A stretch of 64,000 nucleotides of DNA from the human T2T-CHM13v2.0 reference genome, Homo sapiens: the NCBI RefSeq assembly GCF_009914755.1, contig NC_060935.1, one strand, 5' to 3'. Each line of letters begins with the position of its first letter. Positions within the stretch are counted from its first letter, which is position 1. Under the pieces are notes generated by a model. That model was not told the origin of the DNA. It did no database searches and was given only the letters and a program-made list of their open reading frames with translations. The position numbers and the translations under genes were made by a program. Shown piece after piece: positions 13,330-25,780 of this stretch.

Positions 13330-14100
13330 TTTACTGTGCAAAACCTTTTCAGTTTGATTTAATCTTGCTTGTCAATTTTTGCTTTTGTTGCTGTGCTTTT
13401 TGTGTGGTATCCAAGCAACCATTGTAAATACTATGTCAAGAAGCTCTTCCCCAATGTGTTTTTTTTTTTTTTTAAACAAATTTTACAGTGTACAGCTTTA
13501 GGTCTAATGTTTAAGGCTTGAATCTATTCAGAGTTTATTTTTGTGTCTGGTGTAAGATAGAGGTCCAGTTTTATTATTTTGCTCACGGATACACAGTTTT
13601 CCCAGCACCATTTGTTGAAGAGGCTGTCTTTTCCCCATTGTGTCTTCTTGACATCCTTGTTGAAGATAAGTTGACTGTATATGTGAGAGTTTAATTCTGG
13701 GCTCAGTATTCTGTTCTATGGGTTGATGTCTGTCTTTATGCCTTTAATATACTGTTTTAATTACTGTAGCTTTGAATAAATATATCTTGAAATCAGGAAG
13801 TGTGAGGCCTCCAGCTTTATTCTTTCTCAACGCTACTTTGGCTATTCCTGGTCTTTGATTGTTCCATGTGAACTTTAGGATTTTTTTTTTATATTCTGTA
13901 AAAATTGCCATTGGGATTTTGATGGAGCATTGAATTTATAGATCGCTTTGAGTAGTGTCAAGTCTTCCAACAATGTGAAGTCTTCCAATCCATGAGCATG
14001 GGATGTCTTTGCATGTATTTGTGTATTTGTATCTTCTTTATTTTATCGATGTTTTGTGGTTTTCACTCTACAAGTCTTTCATCTCCTTGATTGTATTCTA
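13330..14100 (-). mobile_element. Old L1M ORF2 fragment
   Basis: cagttttcccagcaccatttgttgaagagg..gcctccagcttt..ccatgagcatgggatg. Confidence 0.8.
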
Positions 14101-14441
14101 ATTATATTTCAATCAATCTGTTAAAAAATAAAATAAAAGCATGTACTGTTCAAAACAACAATAGCAAAACCAAACAAGGCTGCTGGGTGCCTGCCCTGGG
14201 GATTTGGCTGGATGCCCTGAAGGGGTCATTGTGAGCTAGGTGGGTTTCCCAGGATCTGCTGTCTCTGCTCCTCACCAGTTTCCTTCCCTGCCTTTTGCTT
14301 CTGGATTTGCTGTTTTGCACGAGCCCAGCATGTAGCTTCCAGAGTAAGATCTTGAGGAGGTTGCTGAAGCATGTTCTCTACCTAATGTGTTGCTTTGGTT
14401 TTCAATATTGGGTGATCATGTTTTGTTTTGTTTTGTTTTAG

Positions 14442-14573
14442 ATCCCCCTCCTCCAGATGGATCCCCTAATATTACATCTGTCAGTCACAATTCAGTAAAG
14501 GTCAAGTTCAGTGGATTTGAAGCCAGCCACGGACCCATCAAAGCCTATGCTGTCATTCTCACCACCGGGGAAG
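14442..14573 (+). CDS. PTPRJ: PTPRJ exon 12 (DPPPPDGSPNIT..LTTGE)
   Basis: ttttag|AT, G|gtaagg, 132 nt. Confidence 0.95.
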
Positions 14574-14734
14574 GTAAGGAGAGGCCTCCGTGGGTTAAAC
14601 AGCCCATGAGTGATGCAGTGACCAGAGCTTTCTCTGTGCCCACTGAGGCATGTGAGTAATGCAGACACACGCCTGTCTTCTCACTGCAGCCTATGCTGTG
14701 TACTCAGACAGAGAAGGAGGGTGAGGTATTTGCC

Positions 14735-14945
14735 TGATGGTTGACAAACTTTCTGGAAAGGGCCAGATTGCCAATATTTTAAGCTTTGCAGGTGGTATAG
14801 AGTCTGTTGCAAGCATTCGACTCTGCCATTGTAGTGTGCAAGCAGTCACAGAAGATACAGAAGGAATGAGTGGGACCATTCCCACTAGATGTTATTTACC
14901 ATGGCAGGTGGATTTGGTTTGTGGCCCATAACTTGCTGATCTGTG
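14735..14945. mobile_element. MER58-like DNA transposon
   Basis: ttgacaaactttctggaaagggccagat..tttgtggcccataacttgctgatc. Confidence 0.65.
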
Positions 14946-15292
14946 ATCTAGGTTTTTCTTCTCTTTTACCTCACTGGGCCTTTTAGGTGGTAGAATATTA
15001 GTTTTAACCAACTCTGTCTCTCTCTCTCACTCTACACACGTACACACATGCCATCCTCAGAGGATGACTTTCCTTTGAAAGAAAATAGAAAAAGATTTGC
15101 ATTTGCTAGTGGGAATTTGCAGAGTATCTCCTTAGCTGAGAGAAGAGGTGGATTAAAAGCTGCTTTTCCTTAAAGGGCTCTGTTACATTCTTTTGTGGTA
15201 GGAAAGGAATCATTCGAGAGTCTCTTCGGTAGCTGTGTTTGAGTGCTTGCATAAGGCCTAGATTTAAAAGCCCAAGTTTTGTTGTGGGGGTT

Positions 15293-15420
15293 CCCTCCTC
15301 CCCCTCCCCTCCTCCCCCTCCCCTCTCCTCCTCCTCCCCTTCTCCTCCCCCTCCCCTCTCCTCCTCCTCCCCTTCTCCCCTTCTCCCCTTCTCCTTCCCT
15401 TCCCCTTCCCTCTTTCTTTC
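15293..15420. repeat. C/T-only low-complexity tract ((CCT)/(CCCCT) units), followed by antisense FLAM to ~15545
   Basis: Directly visible. Confidence 0.85.
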
Positions 15421-15859
15421 TTTTAGAGACAAGATCTCACCATGTTGCCCAGGCTGGTCTTGAACTCCTGGACTCAAGTAATCCTCCCACCTTGGCCTTC
15501 CAAAGTGCTGGGACTAGACTACAGGCATGAGCCTCTGTGCCTGGTCTGGGAGATTCTTTATGCATGAATAATGCAGTGTTTCCTCTGCCCACTCTCTCCT
15601 ACTGTGGTGCTGTCCTCATGTCCTTGAGGAGGATAGAGACCAAACACACTGTCGGGGTTAGGGATCTGGGAGGATAGAAATTTGCTGGTGCCATAACCTG
15701 TGGCAAAATTTCAAAAAGTGAGGTTGAAATCTCTATCTTTTAATTTTGGGTCTGTTTCCAGCTCTTAGTCATTTTGCTGTGATGCTTGTCAGCAAGTCCC
15801 ATTGAGGAAGGCCATGTTGCATAGCAGCCAGACTGACCAGTGCTGGCCTGTGATTAGAT

Positions 15860-16100
15860 GAAACCTTGGGCTCTGAGCCCGATGCCCTGGATTGGGAACC
15901 CAACTCTACCTCATAGGCAGTGTGACCTTGTGCCTGGTCCTGTTAGCCTTTTGTACCTTCGTTTTCTTGTCTGTAAAATGGAGACAATAAGCTTATGTGA
16001 TGGGATTCATGGGGATGAAGTGAGTTACTGTAGGTGAAACCCTTAGAATTCAATGTAAGTCAAACCTGGCACAGAGAGATACTTGAGAGATGGTTGCTGA
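15860..16100 (+). mobile_element. MIR
   Basis: gtgtgaccttg..ctgtaaaatggagacaataa. Confidence 0.65.
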
Positions 16101-16197
16101 TCACTATCACCCAACATCACCACCATGTAGATATGCAGGAGAAGAAATCTCTCTGCCATCACTTTCTTATGATTCTCCTTCTGTGTACCTTTCTTAG

Positions 16198-16408
16198 CTG
16201 GTCACCCTTCTGCAGATGTCCTGAAATACACGTATGAGGATTTCAAAAAGGGAGCCTCAGATACTTATGTGACATACCTCATAAGAACAGAAGAAAAGGG
16301 ACGTTCTCAGAGCTTGTCTGAAGTTTTGAAATATGAAATTGACGTTGGGAATGAGTCAACCACACTTGGTTATTACAATGGGAAGCTGGAACCTCTGGGC
16401 TCCTACCG
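16198..16408 (+). CDS. PTPRJ: PTPRJ exon 13 (AGHPSADVLKYTYEDFKKG..LGSYR)
   Basis: ttcttag|CT, CG|gtaatg, 211 nt; codon 872 = GAG (Glu) at 16236-16238; missed by the ORF track. Confidence 0.95.
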
Positions 16409-16522
16409 GTAATGTCTTCTGGTTCTTACTCTTTGGGGGCTGAGCCTCATGAGCATAAAGCTCTACATGCCTGCGGTCAGACACGTCTCAGGGACCTCTT
16501 TTTGCTCTTTGTTATCCCACAG

Positions 16523-16647
16523 GGCTTGTGTGGCTGGCTTCACCAACATTACCTTCCACCCTCAAAACAAGGGGCTCATTGATGGGGCTGAGAGCTATGT
16601 GTCCTTCAGTCGCTACTCAGATGCTGTTTCCTTGCCCCAGGATCCAG
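16523..16647 (+). CDS. PTPRJ: PTPRJ exon 14 (ACVAGFTNIT..LPQDP)
   Basis: cccacag|G, G|gtaggg, 125 nt; 211+125 restores phase. Confidence 0.95.
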
Positions 16648-16984
16648 GTAGGGAGAAGACAACAGTCCTGGCACTGGTTCAGTGGCATTTTGCTCCACGT
16701 GTCCATAGAAGGCCAGCTGTGTACATGCCTCCCTCAGACCTTCAGGAGGGTTGGTGTGCCCAGCTCTCCCCTCCCAGAGGTTGAGATGTCACTGGGTCAC
16801 CGGGCTTACTGGGCTTCCTCCTCCGAGGTCCCACAGCCTGGACCCCACACTCTCCCTTCTCTAAGTGCCAGTTGTTCTTCCAATCTGCAAAGATTATTGA
16901 CTCCCCTTATCTATGTGTGGTCACTTGTGGGCCCATATGCCAGGTGCACAGTTTGACACATTGCATTGAATCCTTAAATAGTAG

Positions 16985-17660
<676 letters not shown>

Positions 17661-18397
17661 CTTTTTGGAAGTGAGACTTTTAAGGCCTAGAGAGGGGAAG
17701 TAACTTGCCCAGGGTTACACGATGGCTTTAGAGGCAGGCCTGAAATTCTGGTCTTGGACCCTTGTTAAGTGCTTCTACCCTTTATCACATAGACCTAGGT
17801 GATACAGGAGCTTCAGGGATCCAAGAGGGGTGCATCCCCTACCTTCAAGCCAGAGGCTAATGGACTGGCTGGTTTGTTAGTTTGTCTGCTTTTCTTTCCT
17901 AGTTGGTGGTTGTTGGGCGCAGGAAAGAATGCCTGCCCCAGAAGCAAAGTTTAGGGAGTCCCCACATCCTTCCCCGGTAAACAAATGGGTTTCCTGTCAC
18001 CTGAGCATGGATGCTGCTGTAGGTACCTCTGCTCATATGTGGGTGCTAGTCTCAAAATGTCAGAGGTGGCAGGAAAAATATCTGAAAATCCAGCCCAGTT
18101 CCCTAAATTTGCAGTTGAGGAGACAGACCTGGAGAGGAACAGTAACTTTCTCAAGACCATCCAGGTAGTAGTGGATTGGGAACAGGAACCTGGCTTCTGC
18201 ATGCATAGACTAGTTTTAGGTCCAAAGCTATTTAACTCCCTTGTGTGTGTGTGCGCCTGTGTGTGTGTGTGCATGCATGTGTGTGTATGGTATACACACT
18301 TTAACTCTCTGGTGTTAGGGTCCCAGGCCAGTTTTTAGCACATTGTGTGGTCTGCATGAACACCTCTTGAAGTGTCTCCCATTTGGACTTTTCTCAG

Positions 18398-18485
18398 GTG
18401 TCATCTGTGGAGCGGTTTTTGGCTGTATCTTTGGTGCCCTGGTTATTGTGACTGTGGGAGGCTTCATCTTCTGGAGAAAGAAGAG
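18398..18485 (+). CDS. PTPRJ: PTPRJ exon 15, transmembrane helix (GVICGAVFGCIFGALVIVTVGGFIFWRKKR)
   Basis: ttctcag|GT, AG|gtgata, 88 nt; hydrophobic stretch with G-x3-G-x3-G and basic stop-transfer. Confidence 0.96.
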
Positions 18486-19373
18486 GTGATATTGCTTATG
18501 CTAATAATAATACTCTGGTATTTAAGGAAGCTTTCTATTAAGGAACATTTCAAACTTTGACAGATTCAGAAGGAATGATATGATGAGCGCCATGTTCCCT
18601 TCACCCATAGTGTTCTGCATTTGGCCAGTCCTAGTTCCTCTGCGCCCCCAGCTGGGCGATGTTAATGTGCTCCCAGCTGTCACATCAGGCCACTGATAGA
18701 CGCCACAGTGTGGGATGCTACTTTCAAATGATATGTTCTTGTTTACAAGTCAGTTTCATAGTATTATGATGTTAAGAGATTTCATTTCAGAGGTAGCTAA
18801 GTTTGAACACCAGCTCTGTCTTTGACCAGCTGTTTAGGAAGCTTAGCCTTAATGTCCTCATCTATGATAGGAGGATAATCATTGTGCCTAACTTGTGAAG
18901 CTGAGGAGGATTGAATAAATAAGGCACTTCTCAGTGTCTTGTGCCTTGTATGCTATTACTATTATTTTATCTGTACAACTACCCTGTGAGGTCATTAAAT
19001 GGTAAAAGTAGCAGCCCTGTTTTGAGTGCTCACCGTGTGCCTGCATCTGTGCTTTCTGTGAATTATCGCATGCATGAGGCTCTGCGAGGCAGGTCCAGTA
19101 AGTCCCTTCCAAGGATGCAGAAGCTGAGTCAGGAAGTGTGGAAATAGAACTTGAACCTGGTCCTTGCACTTCATGGCACGCCCTCTTGTCTGTGTAGTGT
19201 GTGAAGCCTGTGTGTGTTAGTTGGGATTTCTTTGCTGTAAGGTGCTGCCAACCAGGGAATCTCCATCCTGCCTTAGGGGTCTTCATGCGGCCCAGGCCGG
19301 TTCCTTGTGCTGCCACCCTGCCCTGTTGGAGTGACAGGCAGAGCTCATGCTCCAGCTTTTAGGTTAGGTTCTG

Positions 19374-19666
19374 TTTTTTTTTTTTTGAGATGGAGTCTGG
19401 CTCTGTCCCCCAGGCTGGAGTACAGTGGCATGATCTCAGCTCACTGCAACCTCTGCCTCCTGGTTCAAGTGATTCTGCTGCCTCAGCCTCTTGAGTAGCT
19501 GGGATTACAGGCACCGCCACCACACCCAGCTAATTTTTGTATTTTTAGTAGAGACGGAGTTTCACCATGTTGGCCAGGCTGGTCTCGAACTCCTGACCTC
19601 AAGGGATCTGCCCGCCTCAGCCTCCTGAAGTGTTGGGATCACAGGCGTGAGCCCCTGTGCCTGGCC
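19374..19666 (-). mobile_element. Alu
   Basis: Dimeric Alu, flanked by ttaggttctg repeats (TSD). Confidence 0.92.
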
Positions 19667-19842
19667 AGATTAGGTTCTGATTTTGGGGGGGGAAATGGAT
19701 CAGTCAGTGGCTGGATAAAACAGTTTTATTGTTTCTTGTTAAAAATAAGAGTAATACATGCTTATGGCAAAAAATATAGAAAAGAAGAGCAAAAATAAAT
19801 AGGAAATCTGCAATCGCAGAACCCACACAAAACTACTCTTAA

Positions 19843-20255
<413 letters not shown>

Positions 20256-20968
20256 TCATTTCATCATCATTTTAAGTGGCTACAGAGTATTCAACTGTAT
20301 GACAGTACCATGATCTAGTTAACCAATTTCCTAGGTGTTTCCAAGTTTTTTTTCTTGGCCACAGTTACTTATCCTTGTGCCTAAATCTTTGGGCACATTC
20401 ACGATTATTTCCTTAGGCTAAATTCCAAGCTAGGCAAGTGCTGGGTCAGTGGGTATGCGTGCTTTCAGTTTTGATACATACTGCCAAATTACCTTCCAGA
20501 AAGTTTTTCTTAAATACCAATGCAGAGTTGAGTCAACAGTGCAGGAGTGTGCAGATGCCTCACCAACTTGCCAGTTCCGGATCTGATATGTTTTTTGGTT
20601 TATTGCATTCATTTATCAGAAAAGCTTTCTCAAAAACAAAGTATGAAATAACAAGTCTTGCTTTACATTAAAGTAATGCCACTGCTATATATTTGCAAGG
20701 AAGTTCTTAAAAGTGACTTGGATATGATTTTTTTCATTCTTTTAGATAGTACAAAAGAAAATAACTTCACAAATTTGTAATTAGCATTTGCAGCTTGGGT
20801 CATTAAGTTTAGTATTAGGGGGCAGGATTTGGTGTCAGCGGTGAACTAATGCCTGAGGAAAAGGTGTAACACCTTTATTTCATAGATGACATCAACTCCA
20901 GATACACAAGGGAAAAGCACAGGAAGGAATCCTTTTTTGTCTAATGGGTCTCTTTTCTCTTAAAACAG

Positions 20969-21010
20969 GAAAGATGCAAAGAATAATGAAGTGTCCTTTT
21001 CTCAAATTAA
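20969..21010 (+). CDS. PTPRJ: PTPRJ exon 16 (KDAKNNEVSFSQI)
   Basis: aaaacag|G, AA|gtaagt, 42 nt. Confidence 0.93.
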
Positions 21011-21511
21011 GTAAGTCTCTCAAATTATGAGCTTTATTTTAAATCCTCCAATCTGTTCGGTGACTATCTATAAATAATTTTTGATGGAACTTGCTGTCAT
21101 TTTTCCTGATTGGCACATTTTGACCATGACCATCTGGAAGTTTTTGCTAGCTCTGTTTTCTGCAAGGAATCTATGTTTTATTAGTCTCCTGAAGTTGGCT
21201 TCCTTGTCATGTTCTACTCTTCTACCAATAAATACGGATTTCTTGATTAAAAAAACGTCAAATAGGTTATCAAGATCCAGGGGAGAGAAGAACTTACTTA
21301 AAGTCACAAAACCAATTAGTTACAAAGTAGGGTCTAGAAATCAGATTTCCTGAATCATATTTTAGTGTTTTGTGAATAATAGTACTCTGACCCCCTCTTG
21401 CCAAATTATACCCTGGGTTTTGTTGTTTTGGGAAGATTGTTTACTGTCATTTCTAGAGTATGAATGAGTCTTTCTAATTGCATATTTTTTCTTTCCCTTT
21501 CTATCATGAAG

Positions 21512-21520
21512 ACCTAAAAA
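21512..21520 (+). CDS. PTPRJ: PTPRJ exon 17, 9-nt microexon (ACCTAAAAA; K-P-K-K)
   Basis: Pyrimidine tract + gaag| acceptor, |gtgagt donor; needed to give QIKPKKSKLIR and the 1337-aa total. Confidence 0.9.
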
Positions 21521-21617
21521 GTGAGTAATCTCTTTATTTTTTTTAATAACTTGTACTTTTCTATTGAATATGGACTTCACTGAATGTAAAAAATCCTGAT
21601 AAGTTTTGTTTTCTTAG

Positions 21618-21705
21618 ATCTAAGTTAATCAGAGTGGAGAATTTTGAGGCCTACTTCAAGAAGCAGCAAGCTGACTCCAACTGTGGGTTCGCAGAGGAAT
21701 ACGAA
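21618..21705 (+). CDS. PTPRJ: PTPRJ exon 18 ([19 protein letters not shown])
   Basis: ttcttag|A, GAA|gtatgt, 88 nt. Confidence 0.95.
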
Positions 21706-21735
21706 GTATGTTGCTGTAAATACTGTTTTTAATTG

Positions 21736-22042
21736 TGTCAGGTTCCAACCCAAGCTGGGATCCGAGGGGAGTTGGTGGATGGGTGGCAGGTAGCTGAAAG
21801 AACACTCGAGGGACTGTAGGCAGTTGGGACATGGCTTTATTCTCTCTCCTACAGAGTCAGCAGTGCAGTTATATTACTCACAGACAATAGTGGCTCAAAG
21901 CCAGGTATGAACTCACACAAACAGGTTACATTAAATGGCTATATAACGCAAGGGGTTGTTGCGCTCCAAACCCTTTGCGTCATACTGTCCTGGATGTCTA
22001 CCTCGGACTACTCCTGACTGAAGCACAGCCACTTTCCTTAGA
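21736..22042 (-). mobile_element. LTR18-like solo LTR (ERVL class)
   Basis: Minus strand reads ..aaggaaagtggctgtgcttcagtcaggagtag..aataaagccatgtc..ggaacctgaca; exact 5-bp TSD AATTG at 21731-21735 and 22043-22047. Confidence 0.8.
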
Positions 22043-22623
22043 AATTGGCTTGTTTTTCCTGAAAGTTAGAAAACTGTTAACAGAAACTAGGAATTCAAGT
22101 CAGGGAACTGTTAGCCACAATACTTAGGAAGCTATATGAGCTGGAAAGAAACCAAATGGGCATGTAGAGGTCTGGGGCTTGATGGCAGTGTGGCCTAGGA
22201 TGGCTTGTGAGGCTCACTTCTGAAGCCCTGCACAAGGACTTTCTTGGCCAGTGTCTGCCTTTCAGTTCCCCATGCTGTGCTCCAACCAGCCCAGGAACCA
22301 GCCCTGCTCAGAGTGACCATGCACACTCGTCCTCCTGTGCTGCCCTGTCCAGCATCTCTGCCTTTGCTCTCTTGAAATCCTGCTCAGCACTCAGCACAGT
22401 GCACATGCTGCTTCCTCCATGGGCATTCTGGGATCCCATTAGGAGGACTTGAGTTCTGTGTGCTCAGACTGCCTTGTTTCCCCTGTTGCTTGTTACCAAT
22501 ATTCAGCATTTCTTTAATTCTGCCTTTTTGTAATGTTAGTTTTTTCTGTGTACAGTACACCTCTCCTCCAGGTTGCAACTGCTTGAAGGCAAGGGTTATC
22601 CTTTTTCCTATATTCTAACCTTT

Positions 22624-24530
22624 GTATTAGTTCTCTAGGCTGCCATAAAAAAGCACCACAAACTGGGAGGCTGAAAACAACAGAAATTTACTGTCTAGAG
22701 GCCACAAGTCCCAAATTAAGGTGTGGGCAGGGTCACACTCCCTTCTAAACCTCTGGGCAGCGCCCTTCCTTGCCTCCGCAGCTTCTGGGAGCCCCAGGCG
22801 TCCCTTGGTTTTGTGGCAGCAACACTCTGATGTCTGCCTCTGTGTTCACATGGCCATCTCCCCTCATGTGTCTATGTCTCTTTGTCTCTTTTCCTCCTAT
22901 AAGGACACTAGTCATATGGGATTCAGGGCCCACTCTAATCTAGTATGATCTCATTTTAATTTGTTTACATTTGTAAAGAGCCTTTTTTTTTTATACTTTA
23001 AGTTCTAGGATACATGAGCACAACATGCAGGTTTGTTACATATGTGTACATGTGCCATGTTGGTGTGCTGCACCCATTAACTCATCATTTACATTAGGTA
23101 TATCTCCTAATGCTATCCCTCCCCCCACCCCATGACAGGCCCCGGTGTGTGATGTTCCCCTCCCTGTGTCCAAGTGTTCTCATTGTTCAATTCCCACCTA
23201 TGAGTAAGAACATGCGGTGTTTGGTTTTCTGTCCTTGCGATCGTTTGCTGAGAATGATGGTTTCCAGCTTCATCCATGTCCCTACAAAGGACCTGAACTC
23301 ATCCTTTTATGGCTGCATAGTATTCCATGGTGAATGTGTGCCACATTTTTCTTAGTCCAGTCTATCATTGATGGGCATTTCGGTTGGTTCCAAGTCTTTG
23401 CTATTGTGAATAGTGCTGCAATAAACATACATGTGCATGTGTCTTTATAGCAGCATGATTTATAATCCTTTGGGTATATACCCAGTAATGGGATGGCTGG
23501 GTCAAATGGTATTTCTAGTTTCATATCCTTGAGGAATCACCACATTGTCTTCCACAATGGTTGAACTAGTTTACAGTCCCAACAACAGTGTAAAAGTGTT
23601 GCTATTTCTCCACATCCTCTCCAGCACCTGTTGTTTCCTGACTTTTTAATGATTGCCATTCTAACTGGTGTGAGATGCTATCTCATTGTGGTTTTGATTT
23701 GCATTTCTCTGATGGCCAGCGATGATGAGCATTTTTTCATGTGTCTTTTGGCTGCATAAATGTCTTCTTTTGAGAAGTGTCTGTTCATATCCTTCGCCCA
23801 CTTTTTGATGGGGTTGTTTGATTTTTTCTTGTAAATTTGTTTAAGTTCTTTGTAGTTTCTGGATATTAGCCCTTTGTCAGATGGGTAGATTGCAAAAATT
23901 TTCTCCCATTCTGTAGGTTGCCTGTTCACTCTGATGGTAGTTTCTTTTGCTGTGCAGAAGCTCTTTAGTTTAATTAGATCCCATTTGTCAATTTTGTCTT
24001 TTGTTGCCATTGCTTTTGGTGTTTTAGACGTAAAGTCCTTGCCCATGCCTATGTCCTGAATAGTATTGCCTAGGTTTTCTTCTAGGGTTTTTATGGTTTT
24101 AGGTCTGACATTTAAGTCTTTAATCCATCTTGAATTAATTTTTGTCAGTTTCAGCTTTCTACATATGGCTAGCCAGTTTTCCCAGCACCATTTATTAAAT
24201 TGGGAATCCTTTCCCCATTGCTTGTTTTTGTCAGGTTTGTCAAAGATCAGATGGTTGTAGATGTGTGGTATTATTTCTGAGGGCTCTGTTCTGTTCCATT
24301 GGTCTATATCTCTGTTTTGGTACCAGTGCCATGCTCTTTTGGTTACTGTAGCCTTGTAGTATAGTTTGACGTCAGCTAGCATGATGCTTCCAGCTTTGTT
24401 CTTTTGGCTTAGGATTGTCTTGGCAGTGCAGGCTTGTAAAGAGCCTATTTCTAAATAAGATCCCACTCATAGGTATTGGGGGTGAGAAATCCAACATATC
24501 TTTTTGGGGCACAGTTTAACCCATATCACC
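22624..24530 (-). mobile_element. MLT1 LTR split by an L1PA insertion
   Basis: MLT1 5' part 22624-22983 and 3' part 24434-24530 are colinear. Confidence 0.75.
22984..24433 (-). mobile_element. 5'-truncated L1PA (about PA5-7), ~1.45 kb
   Basis: ORF2 C-terminal translation in track; 13-bp TSD ttgtaaagagcct at 22971-22983 and 24434-24446. Confidence 0.92.
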
Positions 24531-24553
24531 TCTACATTTCCACTTTGTTCTTT

Positions 24554-25244
24554 TGCTACCAAAACACCACGGGTTTGGTCTAGGTCCTGCTCCTCACCTT
24601 TACAGAAAGCCAATCACTGAGATGACAAATATTGCCGGGGAAGAAAGCTTTAATCGGGTGCTGCAGCCAAGGAGATGGGAGCTGAATCTCAAATCCATCT
24701 CGCTGACTGACTAAAACCAGGGGTTTATACAGCAGGAAAGAAATGTAACAATGTGTAAGAAAACAGGAACTAGGGGCTGGGCATGGTGGCTCACGCCTGT
24801 AATCCCAGCACTTTGGGAGGCCAAGGTGGGTGGATCACGAGGTCAGGAGATCGAGACCATCCTGGCTAACATGGTGAAACCCCGTCTCTACTAAAAATAC
24901 AAAAAATTAGCCAGGCGTGGTGGTGGGCGTCTGTAGTCCCAGCTACTCGGGAGGCTGAGGCAGGAGACCGCGCCACTGCACTCCAGCCTGGGCGACAGAG
25001 CGAGACTCTGTCTCAAAAAAAAAAAAAAAAAAAAAAAAAAAAGAAAACAGGAAGTAGGGAGGGGCAAGGAGGCATCTGGTGCAGTGATCTGACTAGTTTC
25101 AGTTCTTTGTTACTCCCTGAAGGTCCTTTCCTGAGAAAGGAACTCAGATAAAACAAATACAAGTTTCAGGCTTTAATAGCAGAAGGGTAAATTTCTATGT
25201 TTATTCAAAAACAACTTGTCTATGGGACTGTTGGGCTGGTTTCA
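24554..25244 (-). mobile_element. ERV1 (MER4-group, LTR47/MER72-like) solo LTR interrupted by Alu
   Basis: TG..CA ends, minus strand starts tgaaaccagcccaa; exact family uncertain. Confidence 0.6.
24775..25042 (+). mobile_element. Young Alu (AluY-like) with ~40-bp right-arm deletion
   Basis: CpG-rich; gcaggaga|ccgcgccactg junction; TSD aagaaaacaggaa(c/g)tagg. Confidence 0.9.
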
Positions 25245-25319
25245 CTGTCATATGCTATGCTAAATATGAATAATATTTGAAGACTAAATAAATGAACACC
25301 TCATTTGTTTTGTTTTCAG

Positions 25320-25410
25320 GATCTGAAGCTTGTTGGAATTAGTCAACCTAAATATGCAGCAGAACTGGCTGAGAATAGAGGAAAGAATCGCTATAATAAT
25401 GTTCTGCCCT
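25320..25410 (+). CDS. PTPRJ: PTPRJ exon 19 (DLKLVG..KNRYNNVLP; pTyr-recognition loop)
   Basis: ttttcag|G, T|gtaagt, 91 nt; KNRY motif. Confidence 0.96.
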
Positions 25411-25559
25411 GTAAGTTATTTTATCTACAGCATCTTCTCTGTGTTCCATCAGTGGCCATCACATCTCTAAGTGTAGAGGGGAGGGAATCAGTGATCCTAA
25501 GTAACCACTTCCACAACCATTCATTAGTCACCTACTTCCACAACCATCCATTATTCACC

Positions 25560-25780
25560 TACTATGTGCTAAGCACTATATTTAGGTGCATTCTCTTAAA
25601 TCCTCACAACAGCCTTATGAAGTAGGTAGTAGAATATTTGTTTTGCAGATGAGGAAAATGCACAGAGTGGTTAGGTGATCTTTCCAAGGTTACACAGGTA
25701 GTGACGGGAAAACTCGGCTTTGTACTAGGTCTGTCTGTCTCAGTAAGGGAAAAGGCCAGAGTCTGTGTTCTTAACCCCTC
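25560..25780 (-). mobile_element. MIR
   Basis: aatcctcacaacagcc..cagatgaggaaaa..ccaaggttacacagg. Confidence 0.7.

Noticed and set aside
15106-15530. Glu/Gly-rich and Pro/Ser-rich ORFs
   Set aside because: Translations of a C/T low-complexity tract plus Alu monomer.
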